From IMG/VR virus record IMGVR_UViG_3300024309_000003, positions 1-43,156 of that record: a stretch of DNA of 43,156 nt; one strand, given 5' to 3'. The stretch comes from a virus. Lineage: Duplodnaviria > Caudoviricetes. Position 1 is the stretch's first letter. The number at the start of each line of letters is the position of its first letter. Shown here one piece after another: positions 16,351-26,045 of the stretch. The notes under the pieces are model-generated. The model saw nothing but the letters and a program-made list of their open reading frames with translations, was not told the DNA's origin and searched no databases. The translations under genes and the position numbers were made by a program.

Positions 16351-16598
16351 CCCCCGACCCAGTCCAGTGTATCGACTGCATACGCTTCTCCCTGCGCGGC
16401 CACGCCGGCATGGCCAGCCAGGGCTACGGCCAGTGCGCGCTTGCCACCAGCGCCGCGCATTTCGAGAGCGCGACATTCTGGCGCCACTGCGCGGACTTCG
16501 AGGCGGCCGCGGCCGAGGTATCTGCTCAGCGCCGCGAGTGGCTTAGCGGCCGCCAGCAGGCTTTTTACGATTCGATCGACAGGAGCAGTACTCCATGA
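16347..16598 (+). CDS. Small Cys-rich hypothetical protein
   Basis: VQCIDCIRF...GQC...C; AGGAGG SD, ATGA-coupled. Confidence 0.7.
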   Translation: MTPDPVQCIDCIRFSLRGHAGMASQGYGQCALATSAAHFESATFWRHCADFEAAAAEVSAQRREWLSGRQQAFYDSIDRSSTP

Positions 16599-17161
16599 CT
16601 TTTCATGACTCCAGGAACGGCCAGGACGCCACAGGCGGCCATAAACAGGCTGGGGTGGTACCAGCACAAGGGCAGGGCCTCGAAATCGCTCAGAGCGGCG
16701 GAAATGCCGATACTGGGGCGATACCGGCGGGCGTGCATTTCTTCGTCCCCGGCAAACCCCAAGGCAAGGGTCGGCCCCGGGCCGTCGCCCGCGGCAAGTT
16801 CGTGCGCATGTACACGCCCGAGAAGACCGCCAGCTATGAGTCCACGGTCGCGCTGGCAGCCAGCCAGGCCATGGTGGGCCGCCCACTCATCGAGGGTCCG
16901 GTGGTGGCCACGCTGTTCATCGCGCTGCCCATCCCGACGTCCTGGTCGAAGAAGAAGCAGGCCCAGGCCCTGGCCGACGAACTGCTGCCCATCACCAAAC
17001 CGGACGCCGACAACGTCGTGAAGGCCGTGTTCGACGCCATCAACGGCGTGGTGTGGGCCGACGACACCCAGGTGGTCGACCACACGGCGAAGAAGCGCTA
17101 CCGGGCTCGGCCTGGCGTGTCGGTCACGATTTCCCCGGTGTTCGCGCGGGAGACTCGCTGA
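16595..17161 (+). CDS. rusA: RusA-family Holliday junction resolvase
   Basis: PQGKGRPR, KPDADNVVKAVFDAING..WADDTQV. Confidence 0.9.
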   Translation: MTFHDSRNGQDATGGHKQAGVVPAQGQGLEIAQSGGNADTGAIPAGVHFFVPGKPQGKGRPRAVARGKFVRMYTPEKTASYESTVALAASQAMVGRPLIEGPVVATLFIALPIPTSWSKKKQAQALADELLPITKPDADNVVKAVFDAINGVVWADDTQVVDHTAKKRYRARPGVSVTISPVFARETR

Positions 17162-17538
17162 TGTCCAGCCCATCCCAGCGCCAGGCCCTGAATGAGGCCA
17201 AATCCCGCGTGGCCCGCGCCCTGACCGCCGCCGGCGTGCCCAGCATGTACGTCGACACGACGCGCACCCTGCGTGCCCGCGCCGCCCGGGTCTTCGGGCC
17301 AGCTAACCCCGGCGAGTCCACCACCGACTATTTCGACCGCGTGGCCGACCAGGTGCCGCGGACCAAGCAGTTCGGCTCGGGATGCGTTGCTGCGCCGCTG
17401 ATGCGTGAGCCGCTGCGGATTCGGCCGTGGCAGCCCAAGCCGCACCCCCGGGCGGCAGAGATAGACGCTCAGCCGACACCGGTCAGTATGAGCGGGCGAG
17501 TGACCCAGTACGTTGGATTCGAGGAGAGGGGTCGATGA
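17161..17538 (+). CDS. Hypothetical protein
   Basis: TGATG coupling; fills the gap between rusA and the Q-like gene. Confidence 0.55.
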   Translation: MSSPSQRQALNEAKSRVARALTAAGVPSMYVDTTRTLRARAARVFGPANPGESTTDYFDRVADQVPRTKQFGSGCVAAPLMREPLRIRPWQPKPHPRAAEIDAQPTPVSMSGRVTQYVGFEERGR

Positions 17539-17906
17539 TCGCAGAGGATCGCCCCCTAACCGGTCACGACCTGCTGTGGAACTGGGCGCGCTGGTGCTGG
17601 TCAGGCGAGACGCCGGGCAACATGCCCCGGTACGTGCCGCAGGAGGACGACCACCGGGTCATCATGGTCGATCACGCCGTGGCCGTGCAGGCCCTGTACG
17701 AGCGCCTGCCGCGCTACGAGGCCATGGTCATCCAAGCCGAGTACACGCGCAAGAACTCGTGGTTTGGTCATCTGTCGGCTGACGGGCGCCGCACGGTGGC
17801 CAGGCGCTGGATCCAGGAGGCCACGGGCGTGGTACTGCGTGAAGAGGATTACCGGAGGCTGCTGGAGGGGTTTCGGATGACGGTAGAGCGGAGGGTGTTG
17901 GGGTGA
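17535..17906 (+). CDS. Q-like late antiterminator (putative)
   Basis: LLWNWARW N-terminus; position just before the late promoter and terminator. Confidence 0.6.
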   Translation: MIAEDRPLTGHDLLWNWARWCWSGETPGNMPRYVPQEDDHRVIMVDHAVAVQALYERLPRYEAMVIQAEYTRKNSWFGHLSADGRRTVARRWIQEATGVVLREEDYRRLLEGFRMTVERRVLG

Positions 17907-18184
17907 AGTACGCGCATGAGATCCTGGGGCTGATGCGGCCGTATCCCGGTCGGCAGTTCAGGATGGCTCAGCTGGTGCGCGAGGCATCTGCGGGGCGGGC
18001 CCTCACACCTCGGCAGATGGAGGCCGTGCGAAAGGGAGTCAAGCGGGTGCTGGATCACTTGATCGACACCGGGCAAGTCGTGCGGTCTGGTGGCGGCACA
18101 AAGTCAGCCGCCTACACCTGGCGCGGATTGGGACATGAAGTTCGTCAAAATCCTTGCGAATTGGGACACCAATTGGGACAATAG
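17903..18184 (+). CDS. Small basic protein, possibly winged-helix
   Basis: GTGA coupling; EILGLM...FRMAQLVRE...VKRVLDHLIDTGQV. Confidence 0.6.
   Translation: MKYAHEILGLMRPYPGRQFRMAQLVREASAGRALTPRQMEAVRKGVKRVLDHLIDTGQVVRSGGGTKSAAYTWRGLGHEVRQNPCELGHQLGQ
18154..18182 (+). promoter_or_regulatory. Late promoter (pR'-like)
   Basis: TTGCGA-17-GACAAT with ATTGGGACA direct repeats; terminator about 30 bp downstream. Confidence 0.6.
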
Positions 18185-18214
18185 CCGGGACCAAGTTGCG
18201 TCTTGCGCAAACGT

Positions 18215-18243
18215 ACCCGCCCACCGAGGCGGGTTTTTCATTT
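18215..18243 (+). terminator. tR'-like terminator
   Basis: ACCCGCC-caccga-GGCGGGT-TTTTCATTT. Confidence 0.8.
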
Positions 18244-18451
18244 CCGGAGCCCGTGTGTTCTACCTGCGCATCCTGGAGTTCGACGATACCGTCAGGGCTC
18301 TGAGGGTCGCGATCATGCCGGACTGCCCGGGCGCCGCCCTGCAGAAACTGGACGCCGAGACCTGGATCGACGCCAGGGAACTGGTGGACACCGAGCGCCT
18401 GAGGCATGTCCCTGGGTTCGGATGGTTCCTGAAAGCCAGACGGCAGATTGA

Positions 18452-18529
18452 GGTGGGGTAGCGCAGCCAGGTCAGCGCGTCGGGCCCATAACCCGAAGGT
18501 CGGAGGTTCGAATCCTTCCCCCGCAACCA
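18452..18529 (+). tRNA. tRNA-Met(CAT), initiator-type
   Basis: Full cloverleaf, anticodon arm TCGGG-CCCATAA-CCCGA with three G:C pairs, 1:72 mismatch, GGTTCGAATCC, encoded CCA. Confidence 0.93.
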
Positions 18530-18660
18530 GTGTCTCCTCCCGAGGTGTTGCAGCCTCGTTTCGCGCCCCGCTTGGTGAATGCTGAGTGGGGCGCAGTGTT
18601 TTTCTGGATCGGCGGCGCGAGAAGTGGCATGCTGTAGTTTTTCGTTACGCGAGGAAGAGC

Positions 18661-19035
18661 ATGCAAGTGGAGAATGACGAGGCGGTGGCCGCAGGCGCTG
18701 GCGCTGTCTTGGGCGCGGTAGGCGGTGGAGCATGGGGGGTGTCGTCCTTGGGTGGGATTGCCGCAGGCGCCGCGTCCGCCGCAACTGGCGCTGCAGGCGT
18801 CGGAGCTGGGGCTACTGCAGCCGCAACCACTGCAGCTTTAGCAACGGCTGGTGGTGGAGCAGTGGCTGCTGGCGGGGGCGGGATGGCGGGCGGGGTTGCC
18901 GTTGTAGCCGCTAGTGCAGCTACAACGGCGGCAACTACGAGCGTTCTCATCGTTGCCGGAGGGGTCGTGGTCGGGGCTGCTGCGATCGGGACCGCCTGCT
19001 ACTTCGGCTATAAGGCTTTCAAGAAATGGCGATAG
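18661..19035 (+). CDS. Gly/Ala-rich glycine-zipper membrane protein (moron)
   Basis: GAGGA SD; GxxxG-rich hydrophobic body, basic C-terminus YKAFKKWR. Confidence 0.65.
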   Translation: MQVENDEAVAAGAGAVLGAVGGGAWGVSSLGGIAAGAASAATGAAGVGAGATAAATTAALATAGGGAVAAGGGGMAGGVAVVAASAATTAATTSVLIVAGGVVVGAAAIGTACYFGYKAFKKWR

Positions 19036-19093
19036 ACTTAATGGCCGCTTAATAGTGGCGTCCGCCCTTGGCGACTGTCTTATGGGGCTAGAA

Positions 19094-19744
19094 ATGACAA
19101 AGCGACGATTCAGACAGGCGATTGCACGGCCCATGCCGCTGGATTTTCTACCGCTGAAATCGGTTGACGTCCCGCCCCTAGTTATCCTAGCGCCAGCCCC
19201 CGACCTGTCCGCCTGGGCTCAACAAACCATCCTGGCCGACACCGGCCCGCTCTACAACCCCGATCATGCCCACCTGCTGGACGCCGACATCAGTTTCCTG
19301 TGGGCGTCGTCGGCTTTCGTCAAGCGCGGCCGCACAGTCGTCGGTCAGGCCGAACAGGTCATAATCCGGGCCGGCGGCTGGCAGAAGGCCCGGCAGGAAC
19401 AGCAGTTGCGCGAGTGGTTCGGCCACGTGCCGGACTTTCTGATCACGCTGGCCGCCGACTACTGCGCCCAGTGCAGCGACACAGATTTCTGCGCCTTGGT
19501 TGAGCACGAGCTGTACCACATCGGCCAGGAACAGGACGAATTCGGCGCGCCGGCGTTCACGAAGGACGGCATGCCGAAGCTGATGCTTCGCGGCCACGAT
19601 GTCGAGGAGTTTGTCGGCGTGGTACGGCGCTATGGCGCAAGCGCTCAGGTCGCCCAGATGGTTGAGGCGGCCAAGCGTCCGCCGGAGGTTTCTGGCGCCA
19701 GCATCGCGCACGCATGCGGCACCTGTCTGAGGGCCGCCGCCTGA
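19094..19744 (+). CDS. Putative phage metallopeptidase
   Basis: HELYH (HExxH) and GHDVEEF; usual position upstream of terS; start uncertain. Confidence 0.8.
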   Translation: MTKRRFRQAIARPMPLDFLPLKSVDVPPLVILAPAPDLSAWAQQTILADTGPLYNPDHAHLLDADISFLWASSAFVKRGRTVVGQAEQVIIRAGGWQKARQEQQLREWFGHVPDFLITLAADYCAQCSDTDFCALVEHELYHIGQEQDEFGAPAFTKDGMPKLMLRGHDVEEFVGVVRRYGASAQVAQMVEAAKRPPEVSGASIAHACGTCLRAAA

Positions 19745-19763
19745 TCACATAGGATTTTTTGGC

Positions 19764-20225
19764 ATGGCCAAGCTCACGGATGCCCACAAGCGGTTCATCG
19801 TGCAGGCGCTTGCCTGCTGGGACACGCCCACTGAAGTATCCGCCGCCCTGAAGGAAGAGATGGGCATCGATGTGGCGCGCATGCAGGTCGCTCAGTACGA
19901 CCCCACGAAGGTGGCCGGGGCCAAGCTGGCCCAGAAGTGGCGCGAACTGTTTGAGGACACGCGCAAGAAATTCCGCGAGGCCGTCGCTGAGATCCCCATT
20001 GCCGACCAGGCCTACCGGCTGCGGCAACTCGGCAAGATCTATGACCGACACATACAGCGCGGCAACGTGGTAGCCGCGGCTGCCGTACTCGAGCAGGCTG
20101 CCAAGGAGCACGGCGGCATGTTCACGAACAAACGCGAGGTGAGCGGGCCGGACGGTGGCCCCATCCCGACCATGCCCACCACAATCGAACTGGTGGCCCC
20201 CAATGTCCAGCAAAGCGAGGATTGA
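19764..20225 (+). CDS. terS: Terminase small subunit (DUF2280-like)
   Basis: FIVQALAC.DTP..V, YDPTK.AG..L, LEQAAKE.GG.FTN; overlaps terL. Confidence 0.8.
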   Translation: MAKLTDAHKRFIVQALACWDTPTEVSAALKEEMGIDVARMQVAQYDPTKVAGAKLAQKWRELFEDTRKKFREAVAEIPIADQAYRLRQLGKIYDRHIQRGNVVAAAAVLEQAAKEHGGMFTNKREVSGPDGGPIPTMPTTIELVAPNVQQSED

Positions 20226-21471
20226 GTTACCGCCGAAGCTGATCCCTGTTTTCAGTGGCCCGGCGAGGTATCGTGGTGCATGGGGCGGGCGAGGCAGTGC
20301 GAAGACGCGCACGTTCGCCAAGATGACGGCGATTCGAGGGTATATGTTCGCCGAGGCTGGCGTCAGCGGCATGCTGTTGGGCGCGCGCGAGTACATGAAC
20401 TCGCTCGATGAATCCTCGATGGAGGAGATTAAGGCCGCCATTCGGTCTGAGCCGTGGTTGGACGCCTACTACGACATCGGCGACAAGTACATCCGCACCA
20501 AGAACCGCAGGGTGTGGTACGGATTCGCTGGCCTGCGCCACAACCTGGACAGCATCAAGTCCAAGGCGCGAATCCTGATCGTTTGGGTCGATGAGGGCGA
20601 GAACGTCAGCGAAACGGCGTGGATCAAACTGATCCCGACGGTGCGCGAAACAGGGTCCGAGATCTGGGTCACCTGGAACCCAGAGAAGGACGGCAGCCCG
20701 ACGGACAAGCGGTTTCGCAAGAATCCGCCGCCCAACAGCAAGATCGTTGAGCTGAACTACACGGACAACCCGTGGTTTCCGGCAGAGCTTGATCAGGAAC
20801 GGCGCAACGACCGCGACCTGCTGGATGACCAGACCTATGCCTGGATCTGGGATGGCGCCTACCGCGAGAACAGCGATGCGCAGATCCTGTCTGGCAAGTA
20901 CCGGGTGGCCGAGTTCCAGCCGGGCGCCGACTGGGACGGCCCGTACTTCGGCATCGACTGGGGATTCAGCCAGGACCCGACGGCGGGCGTCAAGCTGTGG
21001 ATCCACGATCAGCGGCTCTACATCGAGCACGAGGCCGGCAAGGTCGGCCTGGAGAACGACGACATCGCCGACTTCATGATCGCCCGGCTGCCGGGCATCG
21101 AGGGCCACGCGGTGCGCGCTGATTCAGCCCGGCCGGAGACGATCAGCCACGTCAAGAGCGACGGCAGGGGCATGCGCAAGTGCCTGCCGCGCATCGTCGG
21201 CGTGGAGAAGTGGAAGGGCAGTGTCGAGGATGGCATCGCGCACCTGCGGTCATACCGCGAGATCGTGATTCATCCGCGCTGCGCGAAGACGCTGCATGAG
21301 GCCAGGACGTACAGCTACAAGGTGGACCGTCTGACTGGCGACGTGCTGACCGACATCGTGGACAAGAACAACCACTACATCGACGCGACCCGCTATGCGC
21401 TGGCACCGCTCATCAAGCGGCGCACCCCAGCGGGTCTCATGATCCCCAAGCGCCTACTTCAAGGCAGGTAA
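20203..21471 (+). CDS. terL: Terminase large subunit (PBSX family)
   Basis: GGRGSAKT, WVDEGE, TWNP, GIDWGF, ADSARP, NHYIDATRYAL. Confidence 0.95.
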   Translation: MSSKARIELPPKLIPVFSGPARYRGAWGGRGSAKTRTFAKMTAIRGYMFAEAGVSGMLLGAREYMNSLDESSMEEIKAAIRSEPWLDAYYDIGDKYIRTKNRRVWYGFAGLRHNLDSIKSKARILIVWVDEGENVSETAWIKLIPTVRETGSEIWVTWNPEKDGSPTDKRFRKNPPPNSKIVELNYTDNPWFPAELDQERRNDRDLLDDQTYAWIWDGAYRENSDAQILSGKYRVAEFQPGADWDGPYFGIDWGFSQDPTAGVKLWIHDQRLYIEHEAGKVGLENDDIADFMIARLPGIEGHAVRADSARPETISHVKSDGRGMRKCLPRIVGVEKWKGSVEDGIAHLRSYREIVIHPRCAKTLHEARTYSYKVDRLTGDVLTDIVDKNNHYIDATRYALAPLIKRRTPAGLMIPKRLLQGR

Positions 21472-21696
21472 ATGCCAATTTTCAAGGTATTCGCGCGAGA
21501 CAGCAGCCTCGCGCTGGTGATCCGTGCGCGCTGCATTTCCTGCGCTCGCCAGATCGCCGCCGAGCGCAGTCCGGCCGCCGAGTTCGCGCTGTGGTCTGAC
21601 GGGCAGCAATCAGGCGTCGAGTGGATCAGCAACCCCGAGGCCCAGGGCTATCTGGCAGAAGGGCGGGCAGGCATCATCAAACGGATTTCAGCATGA
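21472..21696 (+). CDS. Hypothetical protein, 74 aa
   Basis: Abuts terL stop, ATGA overlap with portal; CISC motif. Confidence 0.6.
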   Translation: MPIFKVFARDSSLALVIRARCISCARQIAAERSPAAEFALWSDGQQSGVEWISNPEAQGYLAEGRAGIIKRISA

Positions 21697-23069
21697 CCGA
21701 CAAATTGACCTTGGCTGTGAACCATGCCATGCAAGACATGCGCATAGCCCGAGCCCGCATGTCGCTGCTGAACCCGGGTATGGGGCTGGACTCAAAGCGA
21801 CCCCAGGCGTGGTGCGAGTTCGGCTGGCCAGAGACAATCGAATTCTCCGACCTATACAGCCTGTACCGGCGAGGCGGTATCGCGCACGGGGCTGTCGAAA
21901 AGATCGTCGGGGCCTGCTGGAAGACCGCGCCGTGGCTGATCGAGGGCGACGAGCAGGACGAGGCCCGCGACGAAACCGCATGGGAGCGCAGCAACAAGCC
22001 GCTGTTGGCTGGTGGCCGATTCTGGCGCGCCGTGGCCGAGGCAGACCGCCGCCGCCTGGTGGGCCGGTATTCGGGCCTACTGATCCAGTTGCGTGACTCG
22101 GGCCGCTGGGACGAGCCTGTCAAGAAGAAGGATGCAGCAGTCGTCAAGCTGATCCCGGCCTGGGCGGGCAGCCTGAAGCCGGTCGGGTTCAACACCAACA
22201 CCCGGGACGAGGGCTACGGCCAGGTCACGAAGTGGCAGTACACCGAGGCCGCCACGATTGGCACATCAGGCCGGCAGATCGACATCCATCCTGATCGGGT
22301 TTTCATCCTGGGCGACTGGTCGGCTGATGCCATCGGATTTCTGGAACCCGCCTTCAATGCCTTCGTGAGCCTGGAGAAGGTCGAGGGCGGCAGCGGCGAA
22401 TCGTTCCTGAAGAATGCCGCCCGTCAGGTGTCGGTCAATTTCGACAAGGAAATCGACTTCGCCAATCTGGCCAGCGTCTACGGCGTGAGCGTGGACGAGC
22501 TGCAGGAGAAATTCAACGAGGCCGCGCGCGAGATCAACCGTGGCAACGATCAGATGCTGATCACGCAGGGCGCGACTACTACGCCCCTGGTGTCGGCTGT
22601 GGCCGATCCTGAGCCGACCTACAGTGTGAACCTGCAGACGGCGGCCGCCGCACTGGACATCCCGTCCAAGGTGCTGACAGGAATGCAAACCGGCGAACGG
22701 GCCAGCAGCGAAGATCAGAAGTACTTCAATGCTCGGTGCCAGTCTCGCCGTGCAGGCGTCCTGTCGTTCGATATCCACGACCTAATGAGCCACCTGATGC
22801 GCATCGGCGTCATCAAGCCGGTAGGTGAATTCACGGTCATGTGGGACGACCTGACCGACGCCACCCAGACCGACAAGCTGGGCAACGCCAAGCTGATGAC
22901 CGACATCAACACGGCGGCGATGGCCACCGGAGAGATGGTGTTCCGCACCGATGAAATCCGGGCCGCCGCAGGCTATGACGCCGACGATGCGCCGGACCCG
23001 CTGGGCGAAGACGATGAGGACGAGGATGGCGACGAAGAAGACCCGCCCGCCGATCCTGCCCGCCAATAA
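21693..23069 (+). CDS. Portal protein (DUF1073-like)
   Basis: Size and position after terL; LYRRGGIA, IP.KVL.G.QTGERAS.ED; acidic tail. Confidence 0.85.
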   Translation: MTDKLTLAVNHAMQDMRIARARMSLLNPGMGLDSKRPQAWCEFGWPETIEFSDLYSLYRRGGIAHGAVEKIVGACWKTAPWLIEGDEQDEARDETAWERSNKPLLAGGRFWRAVAEADRRRLVGRYSGLLIQLRDSGRWDEPVKKKDAAVVKLIPAWAGSLKPVGFNTNTRDEGYGQVTKWQYTEAATIGTSGRQIDIHPDRVFILGDWSADAIGFLEPAFNAFVSLEKVEGGSGESFLKNAARQVSVNFDKEIDFANLASVYGVSVDELQEKFNEAAREINRGNDQMLITQGATTTPLVSAVADPEPTYSVNLQTAAAALDIPSKVLTGMQTGERASSEDQKYFNARCQSRRAGVLSFDIHDLMSHLMRIGVIKPVGEFTVMWDDLTDATQTDKLGNAKLMTDINTAAMATGEMVFRTDEIRAAAGYDADDAPDPLGEDDEDEDGDEEDPPADPARQ

Positions 23070-23982
23070 GAGGGATCCCGCCGGCGTAGACAAGCTCGAA
23101 CGCGGGGCCATGCGCGAGTTTGGCCGACGCATCCGCAAGATCGCCCGGGGCTACGCCAAGTTGTTGGATCGCATCCCTGCTGAGCCGGTCGCCAATCGAG
23201 CAGAAACCAAGACGCGCCGCTACACCTTCCGCCTGGATCAGTTCCTGTTGGAGTCGATCCTGGCCGCAGGCGCTGATCTGGTGGATTCGATCCTGCTGGA
23301 AGGCGGGCAGCGCAACCCATGGTTTTTCGAGGCGTATGTGGCCGTGGCCTACCGGCGCGGCACCGCCCAGGAATTCGCCAACCTGGCGCAGCAGTCGCCC
23401 GCGTACCTGGCCGGGCAGATCAGCGCGGCCGACATCATGCGCAGCGACCCGTACCGGCGGCGTATGGCGCTGGTGCAGGCCCGCACGTTCGAGGACATGC
23501 AGGGACTGGCCGCTGGCGTGCGGTCGGCCATGGCCAGGATCCTGACCGATGGCATCGGACGCGGCCTGAATCCCCGCGAGATCGCCCGCAACCTGAATGA
23601 TCAGGCGGGCATTGAAGCAGGACGGGCTCGACGCATTGCCCGCACCGAAGTGCCGATGGCGCTGCGCCGTGCCCGCTGGGATGAGTCCGACGATGCCACA
23701 GAGCGGTACGGACTGCGCACCCTGGAAATGCACCTGTCGGCACTGAGCCCGACGACACGGGCCACGCACGCCGCCCGCCACGGGAATCTGTACACGACCG
23801 AGGCGGTGCGCGAGTGGTACAGCCGCGACGGGAACTCAATCAACTGCAAATGCTCGCAGACGGCTGTCCTGGTGGACGAAGACGGCAAGCCGCTGGTGCC
23901 AGCCATCCAGCAGCGCGCCCGCGAAACCAAGCGTGTGATGAAAGCCAAGCACAACGGCCCGTGGGCCGACGAGGACGAATGA
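23026..23982 (+). CDS. Head morphogenesis protein (SPP1 gp7 / Mu F family)
   Basis: RARRIARTE, TR.THAARHG, INCKC. Confidence 0.88.
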   Translation: MATKKTRPPILPANKRDPAGVDKLERGAMREFGRRIRKIARGYAKLLDRIPAEPVANRAETKTRRYTFRLDQFLLESILAAGADLVDSILLEGGQRNPWFFEAYVAVAYRRGTAQEFANLAQQSPAYLAGQISAADIMRSDPYRRRMALVQARTFEDMQGLAAGVRSAMARILTDGIGRGLNPREIARNLNDQAGIEAGRARRIARTEVPMALRRARWDESDDATERYGLRTLEMHLSALSPTTRATHAARHGNLYTTEAVREWYSRDGNSINCKCSQTAVLVDEDGKPLVPAIQQRARETKRVMKAKHNGPWADEDE

Positions 23983-25337
23983 TGAAGAAAAAGCAGATCG
24001 TGCTGCAGGTCAATGAGGGCATGGATCCGGCGCTGATCGGCCGCCGGCCGCCGGTGTGCCAGGCCGGGCACACCCAGGTCAACATCACGACCCAGGTCAA
24101 CGCCGCTCAGATCCGCCGCGAGACCTACAACGGCCGCGCGCATTGGGTAGTTCCGTCCTACACGCTGCCCGCCAATGTCGTCATGAACAGCGGCCTGTAC
24201 CCGGCGGCCGAGATTGATGCCCACTACCAACAGCTCGAGGACACGCTGGCTCCACTGGGCCATCCGACGGTGGACGGCCATTTCGTCTCCGCGTTCTCGC
24301 CGGAAGGCATCAACGTCGGACACGTGGGCGCATGGAATCGCAACGTCAAGAAATCAGGCAACCGCGTCTACATCGAGAAGTGGATCGACACCGAGGTCGC
24401 TCAGATGTCCGAGGGTGGTCGTCGGCTGCTCGAGCGCCTGGAGGCCCTGGAAAAGGGCGAGGACGTGCCGCCGATCCACACCAGCGTGGCGGTCTTCCTG
24501 GAGCGCCTGGACGCCAGCGAGGAACAGCGGTCCCAGGGCGTCGAGTGGATCGCCAAGATCCACGGCATGGACCACGATGCCATCCTGCTGGACGAGGTGG
24601 GCGCGGCCACCCCTGAGCAGGGCGTCGGCATGATGGTCAACGCCGACCAGGCCCAGCCGTTGGCAGCCAACGCCGGCGCCCTGGTGGGCGAATCCTACCG
24701 AGAGCGCGAGCAGCGGCTGGACCAGGCCGCCCGCAAGCGTTGGGCGACCGGCAGCGACCAGTACGTCTGGGTGGCCGACTTCACCGACAGCCAGGCCGTG
24801 ATCGTGCGCAACGGTGGCATCTCCGAGGTCTACGGCTACGAGGACAAGGGCGGCACGATCACGTTCGCCGACACCGGCACGACTGTCGTGCGCCAGGAAT
24901 CGTGGGTCACCACGGTCGCCAATTCACTGAAACGATTTTTCAACCAGCAGGCCCGGCCTGCAGTCACTAAGGAGGGCGATATGCCTCTCACCCCTGAAGA
25001 GCGGGCCGAACTGGTCAAAGATTTCGGTGCCGCCGTCACCCCCATCGTCAACGCCGCTGTGGCCGAAGCGATCAAGCCCGTCTCCGAAAAGGTGGACGGC
25101 CTGGAAGCCAACATCAAGGCGACAGCCGACGCCATTACCGCCAACGCCCGCGCCGAGGAAGCCGAGAAGCGCAAGGCCGTGGCCGCGGTGCATGGCGATG
25201 TCGTCGCCAACGCGCTTTCGGGCGAGGCCCTGGACGCGATGTTCAAGTCTCTGGGCACCGCAGCACCGCTGGGCACCAATTCGGCCACGGCCCCCGCAGG
25301 CCTGACCGCCGACGTTGCCAACCTGCCCAAGGAGTAA
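23979..25337 (+). CDS. Prohead protease-scaffold protein (putative)
   Basis: APLGHP and DHDAILLDEVGAA motifs; helical Ala/Glu-rich C-terminus; position before capsid genes. Confidence 0.7.
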   Translation: MMKKKQIVLQVNEGMDPALIGRRPPVCQAGHTQVNITTQVNAAQIRRETYNGRAHWVVPSYTLPANVVMNSGLYPAAEIDAHYQQLEDTLAPLGHPTVDGHFVSAFSPEGINVGHVGAWNRNVKKSGNRVYIEKWIDTEVAQMSEGGRRLLERLEALEKGEDVPPIHTSVAVFLERLDASEEQRSQGVEWIAKIHGMDHDAILLDEVGAATPEQGVGMMVNADQAQPLAANAGALVGESYREREQRLDQAARKRWATGSDQYVWVADFTDSQAVIVRNGGISEVYGYEDKGGTITFADTGTTVVRQESWVTTVANSLKRFFNQQARPAVTKEGDMPLTPEERAELVKDFGAAVTPIVNAAVAEAIKPVSEKVDGLEANIKATADAITANARAEEAEKRKAVAAVHGDVVANALSGEALDAMFKSLGTAAPLGTNSATAPAGLTADVANLPKE

Positions 25338-25341
25338 GGAC

Positions 25342-26034
25342 ATGGCTACTTCCCGCTATCGCCGCGTCAACATCGACGGGCAATCGCTGTACAAGACCGA
25401 AACCCGCATTGCCGCCGCCGCGCTGCTGCCCGGCACGTTCGCCGTGATCAATGGCGACAACGAGTTCGCGCAGGCTTCGTCCGGCACGATCGGTCGCCTG
25501 TACGTTGTGGACTGCGCCTATCACCAGGGCCTGGGCATCCGTGACCAGGTGCCCCAAGGCGATTCCGTCGTCGGCAACTACGTCGAGGAAGGCCGCGAAC
25601 TGGCCATCCTGGTGGCGCCGGGCACGTACAAGAAGGACCAGCCCATCGCGGTCGGATCCAACGGCATGGGCGCGGCCAGCAATGAAAACGTGATCGGCTA
25701 CTGCCAGGAGAACGTCACCATCCAGGCCGGCGCCAACGATTTCATCCGCGTGCGCATGCGCACCGTGCTGCAGACGCCCGCCATCACGTCGCTTTCGGTG
25801 ACCCCCGAGACTACCAGCGTGGAGGAGGGCGCCACGGTCCAGCTCACCGCCACCATCCAGCCCACCAGCGCCGACCAAGGCGTGACCTGGGCGTCTTCGG
25901 ACGCCACCAAGGCCACGGTCGATGCCACCGGCCTGGTCACAGGCGTTGCCGCGGGTTCCGCCACCATCACCGCGACCAGCAGCTCGGACGGCACCAAGTC
26001 CGACACCTGCACGGTCACCGTCACTGCCGCCTAA
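25342..26034 (+). CDS. Head decoration protein with C-terminal Ig-like (Big_2) domain
   Basis: Position before MCP; VTWASSDATKATVDATGLVTGVAAGSATITAT. Confidence 0.8.
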   Translation: MATSRYRRVNIDGQSLYKTETRIAAAALLPGTFAVINGDNEFAQASSGTIGRLYVVDCAYHQGLGIRDQVPQGDSVVGNYVEEGRELAILVAPGTYKKDQPIAVGSNGMGAASNENVIGYCQENVTIQAGANDFIRVRMRTVLQTPAITSLSVTPETTSVEEGATVQLTATIQPTSADQGVTWASSDATKATVDATGLVTGVAAGSATITATSSSDGTKSDTCTVTVTAA

Positions 26035-26045
26035 GGAGGGCTGCC

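Noticed and set aside
18255-18461. 68-aa ORF between tR' and the tRNA
   Set aside because: Possible (GGAG SD, GTG start) but overlaps the tRNA 5' end and has no recognisable motif; too weak to call
21693-23069. Anti-CBASS Acb1 label sometimes attached to DUF1073-like proteins
   Set aside because: Size and position between terL and the head morphogenesis gene indicate a portal; no separate phosphoesterase domain evident
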